From positions 1 to 52,561 of IMG/VR virus record IMGVR_UViG_3300035670_000290: a DNA stretch of 52,561 bases; one strand, given 5' to 3'. The position numbers were made by a program, and so were the translations under genes. A model generated the notes under the pieces. The model was given only the letters and a program-made list of their open reading frames with translations. It made no database searches and was not told the origin of the DNA. This stretch comes from a virus. Its lineage: Duplodnaviria > Caudoviricetes. The first letter of the stretch is position 1, and every line of letters begins with the position of its first letter. Of this stretch, positions 9,041 through 17,891 are shown in pieces.

Positions 9041-10249
9041 ATGAGTTTGAAATCACTTCAGCAAAAAATTGGTGTAACAGCAGATGGCTTGTGGGGTCCA
9101 GGAACTCTACGCGCTGCAGCGAAATACTATAAACTATCGCCAGCACGTGCTGCTCACTTCTTTGGTCAAACAGCCCACGAAACTGGCGGCTTCAAAGCAT
9201 TCAGTGAAAATCTAAATTACTCTGCGAAAGGTCTTCGTGGAGTATTTGGTAAATATTTTCCAACTGATGCGATTGCAAAAAGATACGAAAGAAACGCGAA
9301 AGCCATTGCAAATAAGGTTTATGCTAATCGTATGGGTAATGGTCCAGAGGCATCTGGTGATGGCTGGAAGTATCGCGGTCGTGGTGCTCTTCAACTAACA
9401 GGCAAGGATAACTACGCTGCATTTGCAAAATACTGCAATCGTCCAGACGTAATGTCAAACCCTGATCTAGTTGCTACTGAATTGGCATTCGAATCAGCAA
9501 TGTTCTTTTTTGAACGAAACAAACTTTGGAGCATTTGCGATCAGGGAGTGAATGATGCTGCGATATTATCCGTTAGTAAGAAAGTTAATGGTGGTACACA
9601 CGGCTTGGAAGATCGCAAGGCTAAGACGAAAACGTACTTCAGCCAATTGAGTGCACCTGCTGGAGCAGCACCTAAAGTTGTAGCACCTGTTACTGAATCA
9701 AAGGGTATTGTTGTTCCACCTCCAGCACAATTGGCTGCTGCAGCGAAACCAGCAACGATCACTTCTGTATCTCCTGAAATGCAGTTGTCTGAACATTTCA
9801 ATCTGAAAGAGTTTACTAAATCAGAAACTGCAATTCGTAAGAGAATTGATAACACTCCAAATGCTGAACATGCTCAAAATCTAAAGAACGTTTGTGATAA
9901 GATTCTTGAGCCAGTTCGTCGCCATTTCAACAAACCTGTTCGTATCAATAGTGGATATCGCGGACCAGCATTGAATAAGGCTGTTGGCGGTTCTGCTAAA
10001 TCGCAGCATTGCAATGGAGAAGCAGTAGACTTTGAGATTGACGGTCTACCAAATCCAGATCTTGCTAAATGGGTGAGCCAGAATTGCGAATTCGATCAGA
10101 TTATTCTAGAATTTTACGATCCTAAAGAAGGACCAAATAGCGGTTGGGTGCATGCTTCTTATACAAGCAAGGGGACCAATCGTAAACAAATTCTAACTGC
10201 GGTAACTGTAAACGGTAAAACTGTTTACAAACCAGGGTTCGTGGTGTAA
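9041..10249 (+). CDS. Endolysin: glycoside hydrolase family 19 domain fused to peptidase M15 domain
   Basis: GH19 motifs AHFFGQTAHETGG, ENLNYS, YRGRGALQLTGKDNY, VNGGTHGL. Pro/Ala linker. M15A-type motifs LSEHFNLKEF, SGYR, SQHCNGEAVD, WVH. GAGG SD. Confidence 0.9.
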   Translation: MSLKSLQQKIGVTADGLWGPGTLRAAAKYYKLSPARAAHFFGQTAHETGGFKAFSENLNYSAKGLRGVFGKYFPTDAIAKRYERNAKAIANKVYANRMGNGPEASGDGWKYRGRGALQLTGKDNYAAFAKYCNRPDVMSNPDLVATELAFESAMFFFERNKLWSICDQGVNDAAILSVSKKVNGGTHGLEDRKAKTKTYFSQLSAPAGAAPKVVAPVTESKGIVVPPPAQLAAAAKPATITSVSPEMQLSEHFNLKEFTKSETAIRKRIDNTPNAEHAQNLKNVCDKILEPVRRHFNKPVRINSGYRGPALNKAVGGSAKSQHCNGEAVDFEIDGLPNPDLAKWVSQNCEFDQIILEFYDPKEGPNSGWVHASYTSKGTNRKQILTAVTVNGKTVYKPGFVV

Positions 10250-10250
10250 A

Positions 10251-10258
10251 AATAAATA
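10251..10258 (+). promoter_or_regulatory. T4-type late promoter-like box (AATAAATA)
   Basis: One mismatch to TATAAATA, intergenic, at the head of the fibre gene array. Confidence 0.6.
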
Positions 10259-10280
10259 CCAAAAATAACAGTAGTATTCA

Positions 10281-11252
10281 ATGACGACAACATCACTCTC
10301 AGATATCCTTGGTAGCGATAATCCTCCTGGTCCACAAGGACCCCAGGGACCGCAAGGTGTCATAGGTCCTCAGGGTCCATCTGGTCCACAAGGTCCATCT
10401 GGTCCTCTATTCACACTGACTGTTGAAGAAGTTTATGCTTCGAATAATCAGGTAGCGAATACTGTTACCAATGTCAATAAGATTCAATTTGACTTAGAGT
10501 CTGCATTCAATACTGTCGACCAAACAAGTGGAACGGTTCGTGTTGTAACCAGTTCTACTTTCAAATACTGGGAAGTTGATGGTGTTCTAAAACTTACAGC
10601 ACTCGGTCTCGATACGCTCAATTTGCTCTCTGGCGATAACGTCGTAATTGAGGCGAATGCTGCATCTGAGCCACAGAGCATTCGTTTCAGTGTACCGAAC
10701 GTTGATCTGAAAGTTGCAAAATCTGGTGATACTCTCACTGGAACGTTGAATACTACAAGCCTCATTCCTACAACCGATAATGTTTATACTCTTGGTGACT
10801 CTTCGAATCGCTATCGAAAAGTTTCAGTCGGTCCTGCTGGACTTCAAATCGGAACTGCGAATATTACTTACAGCGATGGTCAACTTGTATCAACAGTTCC
10901 CTTTGCATCAGAAGTTTCTGTTATCGGTCCTTCTGTCACGGTGTCAAATACTGTTACAACAACTACAGATTCTGAAGTTGTTATAGATTCATTCCCCTCC
11001 TCTGACTATGTCACGGTGAAATATGTTATTCAGGCTAAAAGCGTCGAAGGCATCCACGCTACAGAATTATTCTGTATGCATGATGGTATGACTGTTCACA
11101 CAACTGAATATGCCATTTTGATTACAAATTATGTTCTTGGAGTCTTTTCTCTCGTTATTGAAAGCGGAATGTGTAAACTCAAGTTTTTCCCAGATAACCC
11201 GCATAATAATTTGATTACAATTCGTTTCCTCAGACAAGCACTAGAGAGCTAG
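10281..11252 (+). CDS. Fibre/virion structural protein with short collagen segment
   Basis: GPQ collagen repeats near the N-terminus; KVAKSGDTLTG fibre motif; C-terminal IDSF...KYVIQA...HATE...EY domain shared with the next gene. Confidence 0.7.
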   Translation: MTTTSLSDILGSDNPPGPQGPQGPQGVIGPQGPSGPQGPSGPLFTLTVEEVYASNNQVANTVTNVNKIQFDLESAFNTVDQTSGTVRVVTSSTFKYWEVDGVLKLTALGLDTLNLLSGDNVVIEANAASEPQSIRFSVPNVDLKVAKSGDTLTGTLNTTSLIPTTDNVYTLGDSSNRYRKVSVGPAGLQIGTANITYSDGQLVSTVPFASEVSVIGPSVTVSNTVTTTTDSEVVIDSFPSSDYVTVKYVIQAKSVEGIHATELFCMHDGMTVHTTEYAILITNYVLGVFSLVIESGMCKLKFFPDNPHNNLITIRFLRQALES

Positions 11253-11265
11253 AAGGGCAAATTTT

Positions 11266-11273
11266 ACTAAATA
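11266..11273 (+). promoter_or_regulatory. T4-type late promoter-like box (ACTAAATA)
   Basis: Same octamer as 319-326, intergenic, ~40 nt before ATG 11316. Confidence 0.55.
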
Positions 11274-11315
11274 TAAAAGCCGATTGGTTCAAGAATCGGC
11301 TCCAGGAGATTCTAA

Positions 11316-13661
11316 ATGGCGACAATGAATAGAACGTTTAGTGTTAAAACAGGTATTGACCTTGCTAACACAATTATCCTCGATTCGAATCGTAACATTA
11401 GCAATGTCAATATTGCTAATGTTCATACGGTAAATGCGAATTCCATTGTAACAATCGATGGTCTGAACGTTGTCGATCAAGCCAATACTGCTCGAACAAC
11501 TGCGAACGACGCTTATGCCCAAGCGAATACCGCTCGCGACACTGCCAATGATTCTTATGCTCAGGCTAATACTGCTAGAGCGACTGCTAATGATGCATAT
11601 GGACAGGCTAACGCCGCATATGGTCAAGCAAACTCTGCTCGCGATCAAGCCAATACAGCATATGGTCAAGCCAATGCAGCATACGGTCAGGCTAACGATG
11701 CATTCGGGCAAGCCAATGCTGCTTATAGCCAAGCAAATGTAGCCGCCAATACAGTTTCTATTACTGTCGGCGGTCTAACATTAGATAATAAGAAACTCCT
11801 ACTACAAAATACCAGCTCGATGACAATCGAGTTACTCGACGATGGCACAAATGCTAATCTCGTCCTAAAGAGCAGCGGTGGTATTGCTTATGATACTGCT
11901 AATGCTGCTTACGCTCAAGCCAATTCTGCTAGAGACCAAGCAAATACCGCACGTGGTACAGCTAACGACGCATATGCTCAGGCTAACACAGCACGCGATA
12001 CTGCTAATGACGCATATGGTCAAGCCAATACCGCTCGTGGTGTTGCGAATGCTGCCTATGGCCAAGCGAATGCCGCCTATGGTCAGGCTAATGACGCATT
12101 CGGTCAAGCCAACGCTGCATACTTGCAAGCCAATAATGCATACGCTGAAGCAAATCTAAAACTCAATCTAACTGGCGGTACAATCACTGGTGACTTGGAT
12201 GTTACTGGTAACTTGTACGTTGGTGGTAATACAACATACATCAATGTATCAACATATACTGTTGAAGATCCATTGATCTATCTTGCTGCCAATAATGATC
12301 TCGATGACATGGTTGACATCGGCTTTATGGGTGGTAAGAATGCCGCAGGCATCTACTCTCATACTGGTCTTATCCGTCATGCTGCTGATGATAAGTGGTA
12401 TCTCTTCGATGGTCTAGCCGAAGAAGGACATGTCAATAACGTCGTTGATATTGCGAATACAAGCCTCGCAACTCTCCGCGCAAATCTAGAAGCCAATAGC
12501 ATCTTGTTGATGGGCAACACTGTTGCCACGCAAGCAAATCTAACGATTGCTAATGATCAAGCGAATGCTGCATATCTTCAAGCAAACACGGCTTATGGAC
12601 AGGCTAACGATGCGTATGCTCAAGCCAATGCTGGTTACAGCCAAGCCAATGCTGCTTATGGACAAGCCAATGCAGCATACGGTCAGGCTAACCTAGCATA
12701 TGCTGAAGCCAATGTATCTGCTAATACTGTTCGTGTTTATGCTAATAGTGCTGGTTCGTTATCGAACAAGCATCTAAACTTCGTCAATACTGCAAGTATC
12801 CAAGTCAGTGTAACTGATAATGGCGATGGTAATGCAAATATTACATTCTTTACAACTGGTGCTGCGGTTGCTGACGCTTACGCTCAAGCCAATGCTGCTT
12901 ATGGTCAAGCCAATGCCGCTTACGGTCAGGCAAACACTGGATACGATCAAGCGAATGCAGCATATGGACAGGCTAATGCTGCTTACGCTCAAGCAAACCT
13001 ATCATACGCTCAAGCAAATGCTGCTTATGATGAAGCCAATACGAAAGTTGAAACGATTGTAACTGGTCTTGGATTGTCCAACAGTGTTGCAACGGTTGCT
13101 AATGTAACAACAGTAACGATTACACCAAATATTGCTTCTACGACAGTAATCGGTGTGACGAAACTCGTTGATTCTATCACCTCCACAGATACTGCAAATG
13201 CTGCTACTGCAAATGCTGTCAACTGGCTAGAAACTAAGAAGGTCGATCGCGCTGGCGATACGATGACTGGCAAGTTGACAATCAACGCTGCTGGTGAAGG
13301 TCTTGAAGTTGCTAATGCTAACGTAACGAACACTCTAACCGTCCAAGCATTGCAAGTTACAACTAACACTGTAACGACAGCGGCTTCTGGTCAGGTTGTT
13401 CTAGACATCTTCCCAACAACTGAACTTGCTTCTGCAAAATACTTTGTCCAAGCCAATAGTGGTTCAACATATCATACCACTGAAATTATTCTTGTCCAAG
13501 AAGGCACGAATATTTGGATAACTGAATATGGCACTATCCTAACTGGTGCTTCACTCGGAACGTTCAATGCTGACATTGATAGCGGAAATGTGAGATTGTT
13601 GTTCAACGCAACGCAGTCAATCAATACAATTCGTGCTGTACGTTATGGCATTGTACCATAA
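11316..13661 (+). CDS. Long fibre protein with heptad (ANAAYGQ) coiled-coil repeats
   Basis: AGGAG SD. Several blocks of 7-residue A-N-x-A-Y/R/F-x-Q/T repeats; ASTTVIGVTKL...AATANAV phage-fibre-repeat-like segment; KVDRAGDTMTG. Confidence 0.75.
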   Translation: MATMNRTFSVKTGIDLANTIILDSNRNISNVNIANVHTVNANSIVTIDGLNVVDQANTARTTANDAYAQANTARDTANDSYAQANTARATANDAYGQANAAYGQANSARDQANTAYGQANAAYGQANDAFGQANAAYSQANVAANTVSITVGGLTLDNKKLLLQNTSSMTIELLDDGTNANLVLKSSGGIAYDTANAAYAQANSARDQANTARGTANDAYAQANTARDTANDAYGQANTARGVANAAYGQANAAYGQANDAFGQANAAYLQANNAYAEANLKLNLTGGTITGDLDVTGNLYVGGNTTYINVSTYTVEDPLIYLAANNDLDDMVDIGFMGGKNAAGIYSHTGLIRHAADDKWYLFDGLAEEGHVNNVVDIANTSLATLRANLEANSILLMGNTVATQANLTIANDQANAAYLQANTAYGQANDAYAQANAGYSQANAAYGQANAAYGQANLAYAEANVSANTVRVYANSAGSLSNKHLNFVNTASIQVSVTDNGDGNANITFFTTGAAVADAYAQANAAYGQANAAYGQANTGYDQANAAYGQANAAYAQANLSYAQANAAYDEANTKVETIVTGLGLSNSVATVANVTTVTITPNIASTTVIGVTKLVDSITSTDTANAATANAVNWLETKKVDRAGDTMTGKLTINAAGEGLEVANANVTNTLTVQALQVTTNTVTTAASGQVVLDIFPTTELASAKYFVQANSGSTYHTTEIILVQEGTNIWITEYGTILTGASLGTFNADIDSGNVRLLFNATQSINTIRAVRYGIVP
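11480..13040 (+). repeat. Degenerate 21-nt coding repeats (heptads) in four blocks
   Basis: Recurring gc(c/t)aa(c/t)gc.gc.ta(c/t)gg.ca(a/g) units around 11480-11740, 11890-12150, 12550-12720 and 12870-13040. Confidence 0.8.
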
Positions 13662-13664
13662 ATA
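13657..13664 (+). promoter_or_regulatory. T4-type late promoter-like box (CATAAATA)
   Basis: One mismatch to TATAAATA, overlaps the upstream stop codon, precedes a ~100 nt leader. Confidence 0.55.
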
Positions 13665-13759
13665 TAGCTGAACTATAAAATCCATTGGAGGATAGTGAAT
13701 CCGATGAGGTCGTGAGTCGCGCTGAAGCGTGATGTTTTACCCATCGCATTCCTTTCAAT

Positions 13760-16700
13760 ATGCCGACCACACCTAAAACATTTAGCGTAAAAAATGGTAT
13801 TGACGTCGCCAATACCATAATTGTCGATTCGAATCGCAATCTCTCCAATGTGGTTTCTGCAAATGTCGCTGGTATTGACGTTGCGCCAGCACTCAATTCA
13901 GCCGCCAATACCGTTGCTGTTTCTGTCAATAATAACAGCGTTCTATACGGCAAGAAACTCAATTTCGTCAACACCGCCAATGTAACTATTTCTATCACCG
14001 ATGCTGGTGAAGGGAATGCAAACATTGCGATTTTTTCTTTAGGTGGTGGAGAAGGTGGTGGTGGCACTGGTACTGGTAATCCTGGATCAACTCGTAATGA
14101 GTTTACAGGTGACGGAAACACAGCAACATTTTCGCTTTCAGTTGTTCCAACCAGTGAAGCGCATACAATCGTCTTTGTAGACGGTGTTGTTCAGCTAAAC
14201 TCAGATTATAATATTTCTGGTCCAATCCTTCAATTTGTGGTGCCACCAGAAGATAACACAGCAATTCTAGTTTATACAATCGGCGATTCTGGTCCGCAAG
14301 GTCCTACTGGTCCTTCAGGTCCTGCTGGTGCAAATGGAACTATTGGTGTAGACGGTGCTGTTGGTCCGCAAGGTCCACAGGGTCCATCAGGTGCCACTGG
14401 TCCAACAGGTCCTGGTGGTACAGGCACAGGTAATCCTGGATCTACACGAGATCAGTTCACTGGTGACGGCGTAAGCAATACATTCACACTTACCGTTCCA
14501 CCAACAAGCGAAGAACACACTCTCGTTTTTGTTGATGCGATACTACAACCTAATTCTGAATATAGTGTTGCGAATGATCAATTGGTGTTTGAAAACACAC
14601 CTGATAGCAACTCACTAATCATTGTTTATACAATTGGTGACTCAGGTCCGCAAGGTCCAACTGGTCCATCAGGTCCAGGAGGAACTGGTCCTCAGGGTCC
14701 ACAAGGACCGCAAGGTCCATCTGGTGTTCAAGGTAATGATGGTCCATCTGGTCCATCTGGTGCTGTTGGTCCTCAAGGTCCTCAAGGTCCGCAAGGTGTA
14801 GCTGGTCCTCAAGGTCCGCAAGGCGACATCGGACCACAAGGACCTCAAGGTCCACAAGGTGTTGCTGGTGACGCTGGTCCGCAAGGTCCACAAGGACCAA
14901 AGGGTGATCCTGGCGACTTCGGTGGTGCAAGTTTCTACTATCAATTTGATACCGATATTGATGTAGAAAATGTTGCTAATGGTTATGTGATTATTGAGAA
15001 TACTGATTTCTCACTAGCCAATACCATGAGTATCTCTGTCATTGACAGAAGTTCATCAAATATTGCATCGTTTATTCAAACAATTGACGATTCTACAAGT
15101 TCCATCAAAGGAACAATCAAGATCACTGAAGAAGCGAACACGGCTAATTTCGTATTCTTCGCAATTATTGGCACTCATACTGATCACAATGATCACTTTG
15201 ATGTCCCTATTTCTTACACATCAGGTGTTACAACACAATTTGCAGATAACGCAAATGTTGTAATTACGTTTGTTGTTACAGGCGATCGTGGTGATGTTGG
15301 TCCACAGGGTCCACAAGGACCGCAAGGACCACAGGGTCCTCAAGGACCACAGGGTGTCGCTGGTCCACAAGGTCCTCAAGGCGATCTAGGTCCACAAGGT
15401 CCACAAGGTCCATCAGGTGTAAACGGTGATGCTGGTCCTCAAGGTCCACAAGGTCCGCAGGGTGATGCATCAACAGTTCCTGGTCCACAGGGTCCTACTG
15501 GTCCAGCAGGTCCGACTGGTCCATCTGGCACAGGCACAGGTAATCCTGGTTCTACGCGCAATGAATATACTGGTGATGGTAACACCACTATATTTGCTCT
15601 CACTGTTCCACCAACAAGTGAAGAACATACTCTCGTCTTTGTTGATGGTCTAATTCAACCTAACTCATCATATAATATCTCAGGCGCAAATGTGGTATTC
15701 ACTACAGCGCCAGATGCTAATACGCAGATTGGAATTTATACCATTGGTGACTCTGGTCCTCAAGGACCAACTGGTCCATCAGGTCCTGCTGGCGCAAACG
15801 GAACTATTGGTGTTGACGGTGCTGTTGGTCCTCAAGGTCCACAGGGTCCAGCAGGTCCGACTGGTCCTAGCGGAACAGGTACTGGTAATCCTGGTGCGTT
15901 CAAAGATTCATTCGTTGGTGATGGAGCGAATACTGTATTCACTCTTACAATTCCACCAACCAGTGAAGCGCATACTCTTGTCTTTGTAGACAGTATTCTA
16001 CAAACGAATTCAGATTATAATGTAGCAGCATCAAATATTGAATTCACTTCGCCACCAGCATCAAATGCTGCAATTGAAGTTATCATCATTGGCGACTCTG
16101 GTCCACAAGGACCAACAGGTCCATCTGGTTCTAATGGTGCTGCAGGTGATGCTGGTCCTCAAGGTCCTACTGGTCCTGCAGGTCCGACTGGTCCATCAGG
16201 AACTGGTACTGGTAATCCTGGATCAACTCGCGATCAATTTACTGGTGATGGCAATACCGATACATTTATACTCACTGTTCCGCCAACTAGTGAAGCGCAT
16301 ACTCTTGTATTCGTAAATGCAGTACTACAGCCAAATGCTTCTTATAATATCTCTGACGCAAATGTAGTATTCACCGCACCACCAGAATCAAACGCATCAA
16401 TTATTGTTTACACAATTGGTGACTCAGGTCCGCAGGGACCAACTGGTGCTGCTGGTCCAACAGGTCCATCTGGTGCCAATGGTGCTGATGGTCCGCAAGG
16501 TCCTCAAGGACCACAAGGTGTTGCTGGCGATACTGGTCCAACAGGTCCATCTGGTGCCAATGGTGCTGATGGTCCACAAGGACCACAAGGTGATGTTGGT
16601 CCAACTGGTCCAGAAGGTCCTCAAGGACCACAAGGTGATGTTGGTCCAACTGGTCCAGAAGGTCCTCAAGGACCACAAGGTCCAGAAGGTCCGCAAGGTC

Positions 16701-17542
16701 CAGAAGGTCCTCAAGGTCCACAAGGTGATGTTGGTCCAACTGGTCCAGAAGGTCCTCAAGGTCCACAAGGTGATGTTGGTCCAACTGGTCCAGAAGGTCC
16801 ACAGGGTCCATCTGGTCCAACAGGTAATTCGATCTTTGTAACGCAAAATAGCGCAGGATCGATTACAACCAATACAATCAATTTTGTCAATACATCAACC
16901 ATTACGATTGAAACATCAAACAATAATGGTATCCTCAATGTAGCCTTCACGAGCATTGGTGGTGGCGGTGGTGGTGATGGTAATGCAAATCTTACCGTTT
17001 CTGTCAGCGCTCCAACCAGCCCACGCGCAAATCAAGACTTGTGGTGGAATAGTAACACAGGCGCATTGAAGATCTATTATGATGATGGAACTTCAAGTCA
17101 GTGGGTTGATGCATTCGTACCAAAAGGTCCATCAGGTCCTTCTGGTCCAAGTGGTCCGTCTGGTCCAGGAGGAACAGGAACAGGTAATCCTGGATCTACG
17201 AGAGATATTTTCCTCGGTGATGGAACAACTGATACGTTTACGTTGAATGTTACACCTACCAGTGAATCACATACAATCGTCTTTGTTGGCGCAATTCTAC
17301 AAGGTAATGGCGAATATAATATTGCGGATGCAAATATTGTCTTCACCACACCACCTGCCAACAATGATGAAGTTATTGTTTATACAATCGGCGATTCTGG
17401 TCCGCAAGGTCCAACAGGTGCTGCTGGACCAACAGGTCCTGCAGGATCAAATGGTGATGCGGGTCCACAAGGTCCACAAGGTCCATCGGGTCCATCAGGT
17501 GCTTCTGGTGGCGCAGATTTTCATCCATTCTTATTCCTGTGA
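13760..17542 (+). CDS. Collagen-like fibre protein with six repeated globular domains
   Basis: Long G-P-X tracts alternate with six ~70-aa GNPGSTR-FTGDG..FTL..VFV..LQ..Y..F..PP..IGDSG domains. N-terminus paralogous to 11316; C-terminal FHPFLFL tail. Confidence 0.8.
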   Translation: MPTTPKTFSVKNGIDVANTIIVDSNRNLSNVVSANVAGIDVAPALNSAANTVAVSVNNNSVLYGKKLNFVNTANVTISITDAGEGNANIAIFSLGGGEGGGGTGTGNPGSTRNEFTGDGNTATFSLSVVPTSEAHTIVFVDGVVQLNSDYNISGPILQFVVPPEDNTAILVYTIGDSGPQGPTGPSGPAGANGTIGVDGAVGPQGPQGPSGATGPTGPGGTGTGNPGSTRDQFTGDGVSNTFTLTVPPTSEEHTLVFVDAILQPNSEYSVANDQLVFENTPDSNSLIIVYTIGDSGPQGPTGPSGPGGTGPQGPQGPQGPSGVQGNDGPSGPSGAVGPQGPQGPQGVAGPQGPQGDIGPQGPQGPQGVAGDAGPQGPQGPKGDPGDFGGASFYYQFDTDIDVENVANGYVIIENTDFSLANTMSISVIDRSSSNIASFIQTIDDSTSSIKGTIKITEEANTANFVFFAIIGTHTDHNDHFDVPISYTSGVTTQFADNANVVITFVVTGDRGDVGPQGPQGPQGPQGPQGPQGVAGPQGPQGDLGPQGPQGPSGVNGDAGPQGPQGPQGDASTVPGPQGPTGPAGPTGPSGTGTGNPGSTRNEYTGDGNTTIFALTVPPTSEEHTLVFVDGLIQPNSSYNISGANVVFTTAPDANTQIGIYTIGDSGPQGPTGPSGPAGANGTIGVDGAVGPQGPQGPAGPTGPSGTGTGNPGAFKDSFVGDGANTVFTLTIPPTSEAHTLVFVDSILQTNSDYNVAASNIEFTSPPASNAAIEVIIIGDSGPQGPTGPSGSNGAAGDAGPQGPTGPAGPTGPSGTGTGNPGSTRDQFTGDGNTDTFILTVPPTSEAHTLVFVNAVLQPNASYNISDANVVFTAPPESNASIIVYTIGDSGPQGPTGAAGPTGPSGANGADGPQGPQGPQGVAGDTGPTGPSGANGADGPQGPQGDVGPTGPEGPQGPQGDVGPTGPEGPQGPQGPEGPQGPEGPQGPQGDVGPTGPEGPQGPQGDVGPTGPEGPQGPSGPTGNSIFVTQNSAGSITTNTINFVNTSTITIETSNNNGILNVAFTSIGGGGGGDGNANLTVSVSAPTSPRANQDLWWNSNTGALKIYYDDGTSSQWVDAFVPKGPSGPSGPSGPSGPGGTGTGNPGSTRDIFLGDGTTDTFTLNVTPTSESHTIVFVGAILQGNGEYNIADANIVFTTPPANNDEVIVYTIGDSGPQGPTGAAGPTGPAGSNGDAGPQGPQGPSGPSGASGGADFHPFLFL
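16589..16800 (+). repeat. 45-nt near-perfect coding repeats ([15 protein letters not shown])
   Basis: ggtgatgttggtccaactggtccagaaggtcc starts at 16589, 16634, 16724 and 16769. Confidence 0.85.
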
Positions 17543-17551
17543 GATATTCAA

Positions 17552-17884
17552 ATGCCAAGCACATATAAAGTATTAGGTCAAGTTGCTCCTTCTGCAAATA
17601 GCGTTTCAAATGTATACACTGTTCCAGCAGCAACGCAAGCAGTTGTATCTTCTATTATCATTACAAATCGTAATAATGATGCAAATGCAACATACCGACT
17701 TGCTGTTCAACCAGCTGGTGCTGCACTAGCAAATCAACATTACATTGCTTATGATGCTCCAATCACTGCTCTTGACTCAGTGTCATTGCAGTTAGGGTTG
17801 TCACTTGGTAATACTGATGTTCTTTCTGTATCATCAGCAAATGCAAATATTTCATTCAGTGTCTTTGGTGTAGAGATTACCTGA
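17552..17884 (+). CDS. ~110-aa fibre adaptor-like protein (YKVLGQ class)
   Basis: Paralog of 36656 and 48999 (YTVPAATQAV.SS...HYIA(Y/F)D...FG.E.T); always lies between an anchor gene and a Gly-rich gene. Confidence 0.65.
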   Translation: MPSTYKVLGQVAPSANSVSNVYTVPAATQAVVSSIIITNRNNDANATYRLAVQPAGAALANQHYIAYDAPITALDSVSLQLGLSLGNTDVLSVSSANANISFSVFGVEIT

Positions 17885-17891
17885 TAAAATC

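Noticed and set aside
13621-14121. 166-aa minus-strand ORF crossing the 13.66-13.76 kb gap
   Set aside because: Mostly antisense to the collagen gene, opposite to all other genes, and with no recognisable motif.
11480-16800. Short direct repeats that might suggest a CRISPR array
   Set aside because: They are in-frame coding repeats (multiples of 3) with synonymous variation, no unique spacers and no cas genes.
14619-16956. Repetitive ORFs (LWTLRT, DLVDL, VLKVHK) over the collagen gene
   Set aside because: Alternative-frame and antisense readings of ggt-cca-caa repeats.
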